A stretch of 64,000 nt of DNA from an uncultured bacterium (GCA_903894565.1 CAITQP010000006.1:32033-96032), one strand, 5' to 3'; counted from the stretch's first letter, positions 1 through 10,046 are shown. The notes: generated by a model not told the origin, from the letters alone. Translations and numbers: made by a program.

Positions 1-3
1 AAT

Positions 4-672
4 ATGGTGTTCGATTTTTTCAATTCCGTTGATGAGCGATTTAGTCCATACAAAACAGGTAGTGAACTCTCGCGATTTAATCGTGGCGAAATCACCGAGA
101 ATAACGTGAGTACAGATTTGAAAACTATTTTTGCGCTCGCAGAAAAAACAAAACAAGATACGAATGGATATTTCGACATCATGCACAATGGTGTTTGTGA
201 TCCATCTGGCATTGTAAAAGGATGGGCGATTCGCGAAGGGGCAAATATCCTTCGCAAAAATGGATTCAAGAATTTCTATGTCGAGATTGCTGGTGATATT
301 GAAGTTTCAGGTCGCAATGGAGACGGTCATGCGTGGACCATCGGTATCCGCAATCCATTTAACCGCGACGAGATCGTAAAAGTAGTACACTTGAGTAATA
401 CCGGTATCGCGACGTCAGGCACGGCGGTTCGCGGAGACCATATTTATAATCCAAAAGGCGATGCGCGCCCGAATGAGATCGCAAGTATTACCGTGATCGG
501 TCCAAACGTGTATGAAGCAGATCGATTCGCGACCCCGGCGTTTGCCATGGGAAGCGAGGGAATTCAATTTCTCGAAGGACTTCCGAACATCGAAGGATAT
601 ATGATTGATACGAAGGGGATTGCGACAATGACGAGTGGATTTACTAAGTATACCCGTGCGCTCACATTCTAA
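4..672 (+). CDS. apbE: FAD:protein FMN transferase (ApbE family), probably 5'-truncated by window edge
   Basis: Motifs DPSGIVKGWA, EIAGDI, GIRNP, IATSG, ADRFAT are typical of ApbE. Confidence 0.9.
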   Translation: MVFDFFNSVDERFSPYKTGSELSRFNRGEITENNVSTDLKTIFALAEKTKQDTNGYFDIMHNGVCDPSGIVKGWAIREGANILRKNGFKNFYVEIAGDIEVSGRNGDGHAWTIGIRNPFNRDEIVKVVHLSNTGIATSGTAVRGDHIYNPKGDARPNEIASITVIGPNVYEADRFATPAFAMGSEGIQFLEGLPNIEGYMIDTKGIATMTSGFTKYTRALTF

Positions 673-676
673 ATTT

Positions 677-2200
677 ATGTTAAACAAAATTGATACTATT
701 TTAAACAAGATAACCATGTACAAGGTCGTGCTCTACTACCTCGCGGGGTTGTGGGTGATTGCACTCGCACTCAGCTTTTTTGGTGTACTTCCATACACAC
801 CACTTGCGCTCGGTATCACATTTGCGATCTTACTTGCTGTCGCATGGGCAACGAACGCACTCTTTGCGTATATATTTGAAGTACCAGCGAACGTCGAATC
901 AATTTATATTACGACGTTTATTCTCGCGCTCATCATCACTCCAGGGCAATCTCCATCAGAATATATTTTCATTGGATGGGCGGCGGTCCTCGCCATGGCG
1001 TCAAAATACATTTTTGCGCTCAAACACAAACACATTTTCAATCCTGCTGCGCTTGCGGTTGCTATCACAGCGCTCGCCATCAATGGCTCGGCGAGTTGGT
1101 GGGTGGGCACACTCGTAATGATGCCATTCGTGCTCGTCGGGGGAGTGCTCGTTGTTCGCAAGATTGTGCGTGCCGATCTCACAATCGCATTTTTCCTCGC
1201 AGCACTTGTTACGACACTCGCGTTCACCTTTTTCTCAGGTGGAGATATGATGAGCACTTTGGTCCGCACGCTCACAAGTTCACCAATTTTATTTTTCACA
1301 TTCATCATGATCACGGAGCCACTCACGACTCCACCATCACGATCACTTCGTATTCTCTACGGAGCATTTGTCGGATTTTTGTTTGCCCCGCAGATTCATA
1401 TCGGTGGAGTATATCTCACTCCTGAACTCGCGCTCCTCATCGGAAACGTCTTTTCATATATTGTGAGTCCAAAGAGTCGTCTCACCCTTAAACTCAAAAA
1501 AGCGATTCAAGTCACAGCTGATACAGGTGAATTTGTGTTTCAGCCCGATAGTCGGATGCAGTTTCGCCCTGGGCAATATTTGGAATGGACACTTGGACAC
1601 GAGAGTCCTGATAGTCGAGGGAACAGACGCTACTTCACGATTGCCTCGTCACCGACAGAGGATGAACTTCGCCTCGGTGTGAAATTCTATCCGAATGCGA
1701 GTAGCTTCAAAACCAATCTTGCCAACATGCGCATCGGTGACACGATCATTGCGTCACAGCTCGCAGGGGACTTCGTCATGCCAAGCAATCCGAAAAAGAA
1801 ATTGGTATTCATCGCAGGTGGTATCGGAGTTACACCCTTTCGCTCGATGGTGAAATATCTCGTCGACACAAACGAACACCGCGATATCGCGATGGTCTAT
1901 GCAAACAAGACAGTGAGTGATATTGCGTACAAAGATTTTTTTGATCAAGCATCGGTCTCTCCGCTTGGACTGAAGATGGTTTACACGCTCAGCGACACCA
2001 AAGATCTACCTGCGACATGGAAAGGCTACACGGGCTATGTTACCGCTCCACTTATTCAAAAAGAAATTCCCGACTACGAAGATCGACTCTTCTATATCTC
2101 AGGTCCTCACAGTATGGTCTCGATGACCGAAGCCATGCTCAAACAGCTCGGCGTGCCAAGTAGCCACATTCGCACAGACTTTTTCCCCGGATTCGCTTAA
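677..2200 (+). CDS. RnfD/NqrB-like membrane domain fused to an FNR-type FAD/NAD(P)-binding oxidoreductase
   Basis: Hydrophobic N-half with KHIFNPAA and MITEPLTTP; C-half with PGQY, RYFTIASSP, FIAGGIGVTPF, YISGP. ATG 677 chosen over the upstream in-frame start. Confidence 0.85.
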   Translation: MLNKIDTILNKITMYKVVLYYLAGLWVIALALSFFGVLPYTPLALGITFAILLAVAWATNALFAYIFEVPANVESIYITTFILALIITPGQSPSEYIFIGWAAVLAMASKYIFALKHKHIFNPAALAVAITALAINGSASWWVGTLVMMPFVLVGGVLVVRKIVRADLTIAFFLAALVTTLAFTFFSGGDMMSTLVRTLTSSPILFFTFIMITEPLTTPPSRSLRILYGAFVGFLFAPQIHIGGVYLTPELALLIGNVFSYIVSPKSRLTLKLKKAIQVTADTGEFVFQPDSRMQFRPGQYLEWTLGHESPDSRGNRRYFTIASSPTEDELRLGVKFYPNASSFKTNLANMRIGDTIIASQLAGDFVMPSNPKKKLVFIAGGIGVTPFRSMVKYLVDTNEHRDIAMVYANKTVSDIAYKDFFDQASVSPLGLKMVYTLSDTKDLPATWKGYTGYVTAPLIQKEIPDYEDRLFYISGPHSMVSMTEAMLKQLGVPSSHIRTDFFPGFA

Positions 2201-2202
2201 TC

Positions 2203-2994
2203 TTACTTTGTCGTTGCTTCTTTCCATGCGAGCTCGAAAATCATACGCATCATGTTGTGAATCGTTTCGTCTTCGATGATGACTCCGATTGGTGCGTGTT
2301 CGTCGAACTTCGCAAAGAACACTTTGTTTTTGCCGTAGACGATAATCTCACCAGGGAAGGGGAAGACTGCGTGTGAGACATAGCGCGCATTTGCGACGAG
2401 GCTCTTTTTCAGTCCTGAATGAGTTGTGTCGGTAAATTGTTTGGCGGTTGGTGTATCAGGGATGATACCGCGTGCGCGAATACCATTTTTTTCTTTGAGT
2501 TTAATAAATTCGTTCAGAACTTTCGGGGTCATGAATGCAAGCAACGCATCAGTGTTTGCAAACGCGAGAAGCTCATAATTTTTCTCGAGCGTTTGAGTCA
2601 TGTATGCAGAGATGACCTGTTCTTTTCCTTCATAGAAAGTGACGCGAGGTTTGTTGTTGTTTGATTGAAATAGCCCCTCAAGTTCTGGTACAAGTTCGGA
2701 AGCTTTTTTGTATGCATCTTCGGCGAAACTAATTTTCGATTTCATCGATCGGAGGAACTTTGCCGGTGATTCTGGAAAGTAAAAAAGTTTCTTCTTTTTC
2801 TCGACCTCGCCGACGAGTCCACGCACAGAAAGAATCCCGAGTGTCTTGTACACCGTACTGCGGTTGATTTTGGTCGCATCGGCGATCTCTGAAGGGAATG
2901 ACCCGCCAGTCTCGACAAGATACCCATATATCTGAGCCTCCTTTTCTTCGAGTCCCGTTCGCTTGAGCTTGTCTACAATGAATTCGTTTGTCAT
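2203..2994 (-). CDS. TrmB-family HTH transcriptional regulator
   Basis: GLEEKEAQIY...INRSTVYKTL wHTH followed by a PRVTFYEGKE C-terminal domain. Confidence 0.85.
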   Translation of the reverse strand: MTNEFIVDKLKRTGLEEKEAQIYGYLVETGGSFPSEIADATKINRSTVYKTLGILSVRGLVGEVEKKKKLFYFPESPAKFLRSMKSKISFAEDAYKKASELVPELEGLFQSNNNKPRVTFYEGKEQVISAYMTQTLEKNYELLAFANTDALLAFMTPKVLNEFIKLKEKNGIRARGIIPDTPTAKQFTDTTHSGLKKSLVANARYVSHAVFPFPGEIIVYGKNKVFFAKFDEHAPIGVIIEDETIHNMMRMIFELAWKEATTK

Positions 2995-3156
2995 ATAGTG
3001 TTATTTTTTCGTAACAAAAATCTTTTAGTATTGATTATACCTATATTATATAAGGATTTTTTACTAAATCAATGATATTATATTATGACATACTATACAT
3101 TTATATGCAATACTTGCACTGATAAAAGTTATTTAAAATTCAAAAAAACAAAAAGC

Positions 3157-3561
3157 ATGGATACTATTTTGTCAAAAAAGATTCCGCTCCTTGTCGATGC
3201 GGTTCATCGTAAACTGTTAGAAGATAAAGCACTCGTCAGTTCGTATATTGATGATGACGATTCTTCAAAAATGCGCATTAAAGTTGCATGCGGTGAGAAC
3301 TTTCCCCTGGATTTAAAAATGGTATGGTTGTCTTCACTTCTGAGTGAATACAGGATAACGCTTTACGTAGCGAGTGCTCATGGTAACGGAAGCAGTGTAA
3401 CACTCATCGCAACAGAAAAAAATATTCAAGTAAAAATTATTGGGCCCGAAGACAAAACTGAAAAAAAGACAGTCCCGCTAAGTAGTGAGGATGAAGTACT
3501 TGACGCCATTCAGATTTACGAACTATGGGTTCGTGAATTATTAGAGAGGGAGCTTTGGTAG
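3157..3561 (+). CDS. hypothetical protein, divergent from TrmB
   Basis: Open ORF after an AT-rich promoter region; no recognised motif. Confidence 0.55.
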   Translation: MDTILSKKIPLLVDAVHRKLLEDKALVSSYIDDDDSSKMRIKVACGENFPLDLKMVWLSSLLSEYRITLYVASAHGNGSSVTLIATEKNIQVKIIGPEDKTEKKTVPLSSEDEVLDAIQIYELWVRELLERELW

Positions 3562-3651
3562 TTCGTATTTAAAAATGGAAACACTTGTCATGACGGCAGG
3601 TGTTTTTTGTAGCCTGGAGCAGAATTTTCGTGAGTGTGATAGATTGTCCTC

Positions 3652-4134
3652 ATGCAAAAGAAGCAATCTGATTCTGTGCTTATCCTTCCCGATATTCGAA
3701 GTACCTACAATGTGGGTGCGATTTTTCGCACGGCTGACGCTGTCGGTATTGCAAAAATATATCTCGTTGGTATCACACCTGCTCCACTTGATCGCTTTGG
3801 CAAAGTTCGCAGTGATATAGCGAAGTCGGCACTTGGAGCAGAGATGACTGTGCCATGGGAACAATGTGCTCGCATCATTCCGCTCATTACCCGACTTAAA
3901 AAGGCAGGGTATACTATTATTGCTATTGAACAATCGGAGCGCTCGGTTGATTACAAAAAGGTCCGCGTGAGCGGACCGACTGCATTCATTCTTGGGAATG
4001 AGGTGACGGGAATTTCTCAATCAGTGCTTTCGAAGTGTGACATCATTGCTGAAATTCCGATGCATGGCTCCAAAGAGTCGCTGAATGTATCAGTTGCGAC
4101 GGGTATTGCACTCTTTCGAATGCTCGGGCGATAG
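3652..4134 (+). CDS. SpoU/TrmH family RNA methyltransferase
   Basis: NVGAIFRTADA, ILGNEVTG, IPMHGSKESLNVSVA SPOUT motifs. Confidence 0.9.
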   Translation: MQKKQSDSVLILPDIRSTYNVGAIFRTADAVGIAKIYLVGITPAPLDRFGKVRSDIAKSALGAEMTVPWEQCARIIPLITRLKKAGYTIIAIEQSERSVDYKKVRVSGPTAFILGNEVTGISQSVLSKCDIIAEIPMHGSKESLNVSVATGIALFRMLGR

Positions 4135-4320
4135 CTACTGGCCGGGACCATACGTCTTGCCGGTGCCTCCGATTGCAGTAGGATCAAGGAATGCTCCTGT
4201 CTGAGTTTGTGCTCGGTCAGGTCCGCCAGTGAAATACCACAGAACCCACAGTCCTGCGACAATCACAATAAACCACACGAGCACATCTCCACGATCCTTT
4301 TGAAAATAGTTTTTTGCCAT
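4135..4320 (-). CDS. small single-TM hypothetical protein
   Basis: MAKNYFQKDRGDVLVWFIVIVAGLWVLWYFTGGP, directly downstream of mutM. Confidence 0.6.
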   Translation of the reverse strand: MAKNYFQKDRGDVLVWFIVIVAGLWVLWYFTGGPDRAQTQTGAFLDPTAIGGTGKTYGPGQ

Positions 4321-4322
4321 AG

Positions 4323-5258
4323 TTATTTCCACAATTGCTGATGAAGCGGACAGAAATGGGTACTTCTGCCGCCGACGACTATCCGAAGTATAGCACCTTT
4401 GCATCCAGATTTTTTGCACGGCGTGCCTTTGAGTCGATACGCATTATGTTCATGACTGAAATTGCCGCGGGTTCCATCAATTTGTCGGTAATCACTCGTC
4501 GAGTCGCCACCGAAATCAATTCCTTTTTCAAGGACTGTTCGTACTGCGCGGAAGAGGTTCTCGAGCATATCGAGCGGGATTTTACTTGTGATCGAGAGGG
4601 GATGAATACTTGCGAGCCATAATGCTTCATCTGAATATATATTACCAATACCGGCGACAACGTTTTGGTCCATCAACACAGATTTAATTTTTCCTTTTGG
4701 TTTGGTTGCGAGACGCGCAATGAATTCTTTTGCGGTGAAGTGTGTATCGAGTGGTTCTGGCCCAATACCATCGAGGTGCTTTGTCTTGTGAGCGACTTCA
4801 GTCGAGAGGAGAGTCACCTTGGCAAATTTGCGTACATCGGACAGGACGAGTTGTTTACTATTGGTGAAGGTAATTACGAGATGTAGGTGGCGGTTGAACG
4901 GATCACGCAAGGCATCATTTTTTTCGTCAGGACTCGGTGCCCATTCATTCGTTTTTGTGTCGAGCATGTAGTCCCCGTACATGAGATGTCCGGTCATTTT
5001 CATATGAATGAGGATTGTGTTTCCGTTGTTCAAATTGATTAGAATATTTTTGGCACGACGTTCAGCTGAAACGACAATCGCTCCATGAATTGTTTTTTGA
5101 AAATGCTCAAAAAATGGCGCGTATTTTATCGTGTCGTGATAGTCGGCACGCGCTACGCGCGCGCGAGGAAGATCGCTCCATACATCACGAATGGTGAGCC
5201 CGCGGACTGTTTTGTTGAGACCATTGACCGTTGTTTGGACTTCAGGAAGTTCGGGCAT
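4323..5258 (-). CDS. mutM: formamidopyrimidine-DNA glycosylase
   Basis: N-terminal MPELPEV, HMKMTG, GIGNIYSDE, C-terminal zinc finger. Confidence 0.95.
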   Translation of the reverse strand: MPELPEVQTTVNGLNKTVRGLTIRDVWSDLPRARVARADYHDTIKYAPFFEHFQKTIHGAIVVSAERRAKNILINLNNGNTILIHMKMTGHLMYGDYMLDTKTNEWAPSPDEKNDALRDPFNRHLHLVITFTNSKQLVLSDVRKFAKVTLLSTEVAHKTKHLDGIGPEPLDTHFTAKEFIARLATKPKGKIKSVLMDQNVVAGIGNIYSDEALWLASIHPLSITSKIPLDMLENLFRAVRTVLEKGIDFGGDSTSDYRQIDGTRGNFSHEHNAYRLKGTPCKKSGCKGAILRIVVGGRSTHFCPLHQQLWK

Positions 5259-5345
5259 GCGGGTAGTATAGCATTCTAAAAAGGTGACGATTTCATCCCC
5301 GCAGCTTGCTCGCTTCAAGAGTGGGGGAAGTGGTATGATATGCGG

Positions 5346-7874
5346 ATGGAGAAACAACCTGATGCGAAAAAACCTCGTATTTTTGCTCGAGACCGAAAAC
5401 CGGCTCCATCCCCACACAATTTTCTCGAAGAAACGTTGACCAGTGAACGGAACTTACAGCAAGAAGCTGGAGTGAGTTTTGACGAGTCCCGACAGGAAAT
5501 TGAACCGCTTGATCAAACAGAAATTCAGTCAGAATTGAAACAATTGACCGGCCAATACGAGCGAACCAAAAAAATATTGAATTTGACGACTGAGCCATAC
5601 GCACGTGCGAATCTCATGCACGAACTGCTCACTCTTCGAGAGGCAGCACATGCTCTCAGTGATAAACCTGAAGACCTTGCAGAGTTTGGTCCAACGAAAG
5701 CTGAACGCAAAGAAGCTCGAGTGGCACTTGAGCGTTTGCGCATGGAAATGCTAGGTCATCTTTTGCAATTGACCGGTAGTATGAAAGGAGGACCTGAGGT
5801 TATTGAAGACTATGTTCGTCGAGCGGAAGAAATTCATCGCGAAGCAGGTCTCGGTGAAGAGGATTATCATCTCCTGAAGCCATTTCACGACGCACGAGCT
5901 GAACAGAAAAAAGAAACGCTCCCATCCGCTGGGGCTATCCTTGAGCATTCTTTTGCCAAAGAAATTCCGATGGCACCCGAGGATCTCCTTGGAAGCGCTG
6001 TTGTTCAGGAACGACAAATCGAGCAACCGAAAAAAGAACGCATGGAAAGTAGCGCGCTCTCACGCTGGGCCGGCAAGTTTTTCCTTGGCCGTGAACCTGA
6101 AGTTACGGAGCGCGTAGCGCGAGAGAAAAAAGAAGAGCAGAGGTCACTTCGTGAAAATCTCCCAGCTGTAAAAGAAAAGAAACAGTATGAAGCAAGTAGT
6201 GCGCTCTCACGCTGGGCCGGCAAGTTTTTCCTTGGCCGAGAACCTGAGGTTACTGAACGCGCGGCGCAAGAACGAAAGGCTGAACGCGAAATGGAGCGAG
6301 AGGCAAAGCATATGGAAAGTAGCACACTCTCACGCTGGGCAAGCAAATTTTTTCTTGGACGAGAACCTGAAGTTACGGAGCGTGTAGCACGAGAAGAAAA
6401 GAAAGAGAGAGAACAATCGGCCGCGCAAACAAAGGCACCACAAAAACAAGGAAGTGCCTTGGGTCGCTTTTTCCGCAAAACAGCTTTGGCTGGATTGCTT
6501 GGTTTTGCGTCCCTCCCAAGTAGTAACCAGAATCCAAATGAGGCTTTAGAAAAAATGAATCTTCCGAAGCAAGAAGTTGCGACAACGTATGTTATGCCGG
6601 CTCAAGAAAAACAAAAAGAAACGAAATCATCAGTGACGTATGTTCCGAAGAGAAATACATCCTCAGTTGAAAAGCTCGCACCGACCCCACGCATCGCCGA
6701 AGAAAGTCCAAAACAACAGGCCGCTCCAGTGAAACTTTTTGATTCTTTGGAAAAAGGCTATACCGTACGAACTCCAGACAAGAATCAGGATGCTCTGATG
6801 TTTTCAAAATTTCAAGAGTCGATGCAGGGCGTTCACTATTTTGAAGCAAATACATATTCAAAAGCACTTCAGACTATTATTCAGGAATACCACTTGAATG
6901 ATATTGCTCCCGAGTGGTTTATGAAACTAGAGCTTGAAGTTCCTCGCGGAACGAATGAAAAGAATTGGGATAATCCTCAAGAATTTTTTGAGACAGTTGA
7001 TTTCCCTGGTGGCGGAAGTACTGTCGGCTTACAAAATTATATGCAACTCTCTACCACTATGCTCAATTGGATGGCAAAGAGCCAAGAGAATTTTAATTGG
7101 GGAGTGGCATCACTCACGCATGAATATATCCATGCGTGGCAGAAGGCATCCGCTGGCATTGAGAGTCATAATGTACGAGAGGCGCAGGCACACTTTTTTA
7201 CGAGTCACCCAAATGCTTTTGCTAAGTTTCGTAACGAAAATTATGCTCCCCTTGGCAAAGATGGTAAGCCGAGCGCAACAGAAAAATATTCCGATGTTTC
7301 CGCTACTTTCCCTGAAGTCGACAACACACATAAGTTGATTGAAGCTTTGGAATTTGAGTCATACTACAAACAGTGCACAGAGGCTGAACGTGAGTCTCCG
7401 ATGATGAAGAAAATGCATCTTGTTTCATTACAAGAAACGCAGACACTTTTTGATAACGTTGATGACTCACACAAGTTTTGGTACGCGAGTGTGTTTGAGC
7501 AAGATTACAATACGGCCTCAGTTGAACGAAAAGGGGAGCTTCAAGCGGTACACGAAAAGGTTATGGGGTATGTTGGTGAGCTTGCCGGCATCACTGATCC
7601 GAATGAGTTCGGTGCTGTATCGCAGTACTTCTCTTTGTATCCAGAGACTTTTCCTGATTGGCTACAACAAAATGCCCAAGGCAAGACAGCTCCATCAATC
7701 ACGCTTACGAAGCGCAATTTTAGCGAGACACAGCGACAGCAAATCAGTGCAAACTTTGAGAAGTATTATGCTTCAGCAACTCCAGAAGCCAAGAACAAGT
7801 TGAATTCGATGCGCGAGAAACTTGTTCAGGCCCAAAATACGCTCGATGCCCGTGATATGATCGTGAGCCGATAG
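5346..7874 (+). CDS. large hypothetical protein with three internal repeats, an internal hydrophobic segment and an HExxH motif
   Basis: 3x SSALSRWAGKFFLGREPEVTER; KTALAGLLGFASL; ASLTHEYIHAWQ. Confidence 0.75.
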   Translation: MEKQPDAKKPRIFARDRKPAPSPHNFLEETLTSERNLQQEAGVSFDESRQEIEPLDQTEIQSELKQLTGQYERTKKILNLTTEPYARANLMHELLTLREAAHALSDKPEDLAEFGPTKAERKEARVALERLRMEMLGHLLQLTGSMKGGPEVIEDYVRRAEEIHREAGLGEEDYHLLKPFHDARAEQKKETLPSAGAILEHSFAKEIPMAPEDLLGSAVVQERQIEQPKKERMESSALSRWAGKFFLGREPEVTERVAREKKEEQRSLRENLPAVKEKKQYEASSALSRWAGKFFLGREPEVTERAAQERKAEREMEREAKHMESSTLSRWASKFFLGREPEVTERVAREEKKEREQSAAQTKAPQKQGSALGRFFRKTALAGLLGFASLPSSNQNPNEALEKMNLPKQEVATTYVMPAQEKQKETKSSVTYVPKRNTSSVEKLAPTPRIAEESPKQQAAPVKLFDSLEKGYTVRTPDKNQDALMFSKFQESMQGVHYFEANTYSKALQTIIQEYHLNDIAPEWFMKLELEVPRGTNEKNWDNPQEFFETVDFPGGGSTVGLQNYMQLSTTMLNWMAKSQENFNWGVASLTHEYIHAWQKASAGIESHNVREAQAHFFTSHPNAFAKFRNENYAPLGKDGKPSATEKYSDVSATFPEVDNTHKLIEALEFESYYKQCTEAERESPMMKKMHLVSLQETQTLFDNVDDSHKFWYASVFEQDYNTASVERKGELQAVHEKVMGYVGELAGITDPNEFGAVSQYFSLYPETFPDWLQQNAQGKTAPSITLTKRNFSETQRQQISANFEKYYASATPEAKNKLNSMREKLVQAQNTLDARDMIVSR
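6045..6394 (+). repeat. three in-frame ~80-bp direct repeats within the CDS
   Basis: Copies start at ~6045, ~6192, ~6315; differences mostly synonymous. Confidence 0.9.
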
Positions 7875-8041
7875 GAGAAACGACCGAGGGAAAGGCCTTG
7901 ACTTTTTAGATCATATGTGCTAATATAGGACCAAATGTCTTTTGACATGCGTCTTTGGAAGGTGACTTAAAAAGGTCATATTTTAGGCCTTTTTGAGCCA
8001 CCTTCCAAGATAAAAACCAAAGAGGAAGTGTGTTTTAGTTT

Positions 8042-8494
8042 ATGAAACGTTTCATGTTATTGCTCATAATGAGCACGATTACGTTATGCTTTGACGCAAA
8101 AGCAACAACAGTTACAGCAACTCCAAGCGCTGCTGAAATACTGTACCGTAGCGATACGGCACACTCCAAGGAGGTGTTCTACGCATTTCTGGCCAGAACA
8201 ATAATGGCCTTATCTGTGAACGAGGAGGAAACGGCTCAGAAGGAGCTCGAGGATGAGTTACTTTTGACAAGAATATTGCACTTGATGAACGAAGAGGAGG
8301 TTACGTACACCTGTGAGGCTCTTGATTTGTATGGCCACAAAAAGGGTGGCGAACTAAGCAACTCCAGGCGCATGAAAGTCCTTGAAGTACTACAGCGTAG
8401 GAAGGAGGAATTAGTTGAACAGGCGAAGGGCAAAGAGAAGCACAGGCTTTCCGACAAGTTCGGAATCAAAATCGGCCGAAACAAATGGCGTTAA
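8042..8494 (+). CDS. hypothetical secreted protein
   Basis: Signal-peptide-like MKRFMLLLIMSTITLCFDAKA; GAGG upstream. Confidence 0.65.
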   Translation: MKRFMLLLIMSTITLCFDAKATTVTATPSAAEILYRSDTAHSKEVFYAFLARTIMALSVNEEETAQKELEDELLLTRILHLMNEEEVTYTCEALDLYGHKKGGELSNSRRMKVLEVLQRRKEELVEQAKGKEKHRLSDKFGIKIGRNKWR

Positions 8495-8601
8495 AAAAGG
8501 GCTCCACATCGAGGTAACAAAGTTGCCTCATATATATGATGTGGGGCCTTTGTTATTTCTACCGCTTGACTTACTGCTTGAATGATTTATATACTTATGG
8601 C

Positions 8602-9303
8602 ATGAAAAATACATTTGAGGGAGGTAACAACGCTCCTCAGGCGGGTGAGGGGAAAGGAGGGTCTCCAGAAAAAAAACTCGCAAGCAACAACTATCTTAAG
8701 AGTCTTTTGACGGCAGGTACGATGCTTTTGACAATGACGGGAGTTCTTTCAAGCAAGGCAAACGCACAAACTGGCAAAACGAGCGCAAAGGATTCAATTG
8801 AAAATGTCTATCAAAATAAGCTCGATAGTTACAACGATAGTTTGACGCTCTACAATTTTTATAAAACCCAGTTAAAATATTTGGGAAAGGAAGGAGAAGC
8901 AGAACCTTTTGACGAGAATGCTTACAACCAAGATGAGCTTGCGTACAATCATCACCTTCTTGATTTGGCAGCCAAACACCGAACAGCGGTGGAAGACTCT
9001 CTTAAAAAAGAGTACGACGCAAAGAGAATTAACCAAGATCAATACCTGGCATATCTCGATCTCGCAAAGCGACTGACAGGAGACGAACGACTTCGCAGTC
9101 AGGCAGTAAAGGCAGTAGTGAAAGATCCAAAGCATTTTTCAAGAATTGCGGGAGGCAACCTACTGAATACTCAAATGATGCCAACAGAACAATTTACTGA
9201 TGCTGAGGGGCATAAGCACCCTGACTACCGAAACTACGAACCAAAGGTAAAACCAGAAGAGCCTAAAAAGGAATATATTGAAGTGAAGGACGAGCAACAG
9301 TAA
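8602..9303 (+). CDS. hypothetical exported protein
   Basis: Charged leader, then LLTAGTMLLTMTGVLSSKANAQ signal-like segment. Confidence 0.7.
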   Translation: MKNTFEGGNNAPQAGEGKGGSPEKKLASNNYLKSLLTAGTMLLTMTGVLSSKANAQTGKTSAKDSIENVYQNKLDSYNDSLTLYNFYKTQLKYLGKEGEAEPFDENAYNQDELAYNHHLLDLAAKHRTAVEDSLKKEYDAKRINQDQYLAYLDLAKRLTGDERLRSQAVKAVVKDPKHFSRIAGGNLLNTQMMPTEQFTDAEGHKHPDYRNYEPKVKPEEPKKEYIEVKDEQQ

Positions 9304-9305
9304 GC

Positions 9306-9884
9306 CTATTTCTTCCCAAGCAGTTTCAGGGCTTCTTTGATTCGAGCGTTTGTTCCAACAATATCGTTTGGAATTTCTTTGACGACTTCGCGAGCTTCAT
9401 TTTGAGAATATCCGAGTGCCTTGAGGGCTTCGATGATATCGCTCTCGGCACGGAGGACACCAGGCGTTTCGCTCATGTTGCTATGAGCACGGAGTTTGTC
9501 GCGCAGTTCAAGCACAACTTTTTCTGCTGTTTTGCGACCAATGCCGGAGACTTTGGTGAGGTAGCTCGTATCGCCGGTGGCGATTGCTTTTTTGAGTGTT
9601 TCGGTTGATGTTGCACTCAAAATACCAAGTGCTGATTTGGGCCCGATACCACTGACTGAAATGAGGAGTTCAAAAAAATCTTTTTCGTCGCTTGTGTCGA
9701 ATCCGTAGAGATCGAGGGCGTCTTCGCGCACGGCGAGGTACGTATGCAGACTTGCGCGCGTATCGAGATCGAGCCGTGCGAGTGTGTCGCTTGAGCACGA
9801 GACTTTGTACCCAACACCATTCACGTCGAGGACGACGTACTTTTCTGCTTTGTCTATAATGGTGCCGGAGAGGTGAGCTATCAT
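9306..9884 (-). CDS. ruvA: Holliday junction branch migration protein RuvA
   Basis: MIAHLSG, VNGVGY, VREDALDLYGF, VSGIGPKSAL, ALKALGY. Confidence 0.95.
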   Translation of the reverse strand: MIAHLSGTIIDKAEKYVVLDVNGVGYKVSCSSDTLARLDLDTRASLHTYLAVREDALDLYGFDTSDEKDFFELLISVSGIGPKSALGILSATSTETLKKAIATGDTSYLTKVSGIGRKTAEKVVLELRDKLRAHSNMSETPGVLRAESDIIEALKALGYSQNEAREVVKEIPNDIVGTNARIKEALKLLGKK

Positions 9885-10046
9885 AATCCATAGTATATAG
9901 GAAAGAGCCGAGCGCTGGTAGGGAAGCACGGGATTGCAAAAAAATGCTTTTCTGGTATAGTTTGCGGGTATTGCTTCTTAGCTGTGTCTCGGCGGAAGCG
10001 AGAAATCTTTGTATTCTATACACTATTAATCTATTAAGAACATACT

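Noticed and set aside
6045-6394. Spaced direct repeats resembling a CRISPR array
   Set aside because: Repeats are ~80 bp, in frame, with synonymous changes inside a long ORF; no cas genes in the window.
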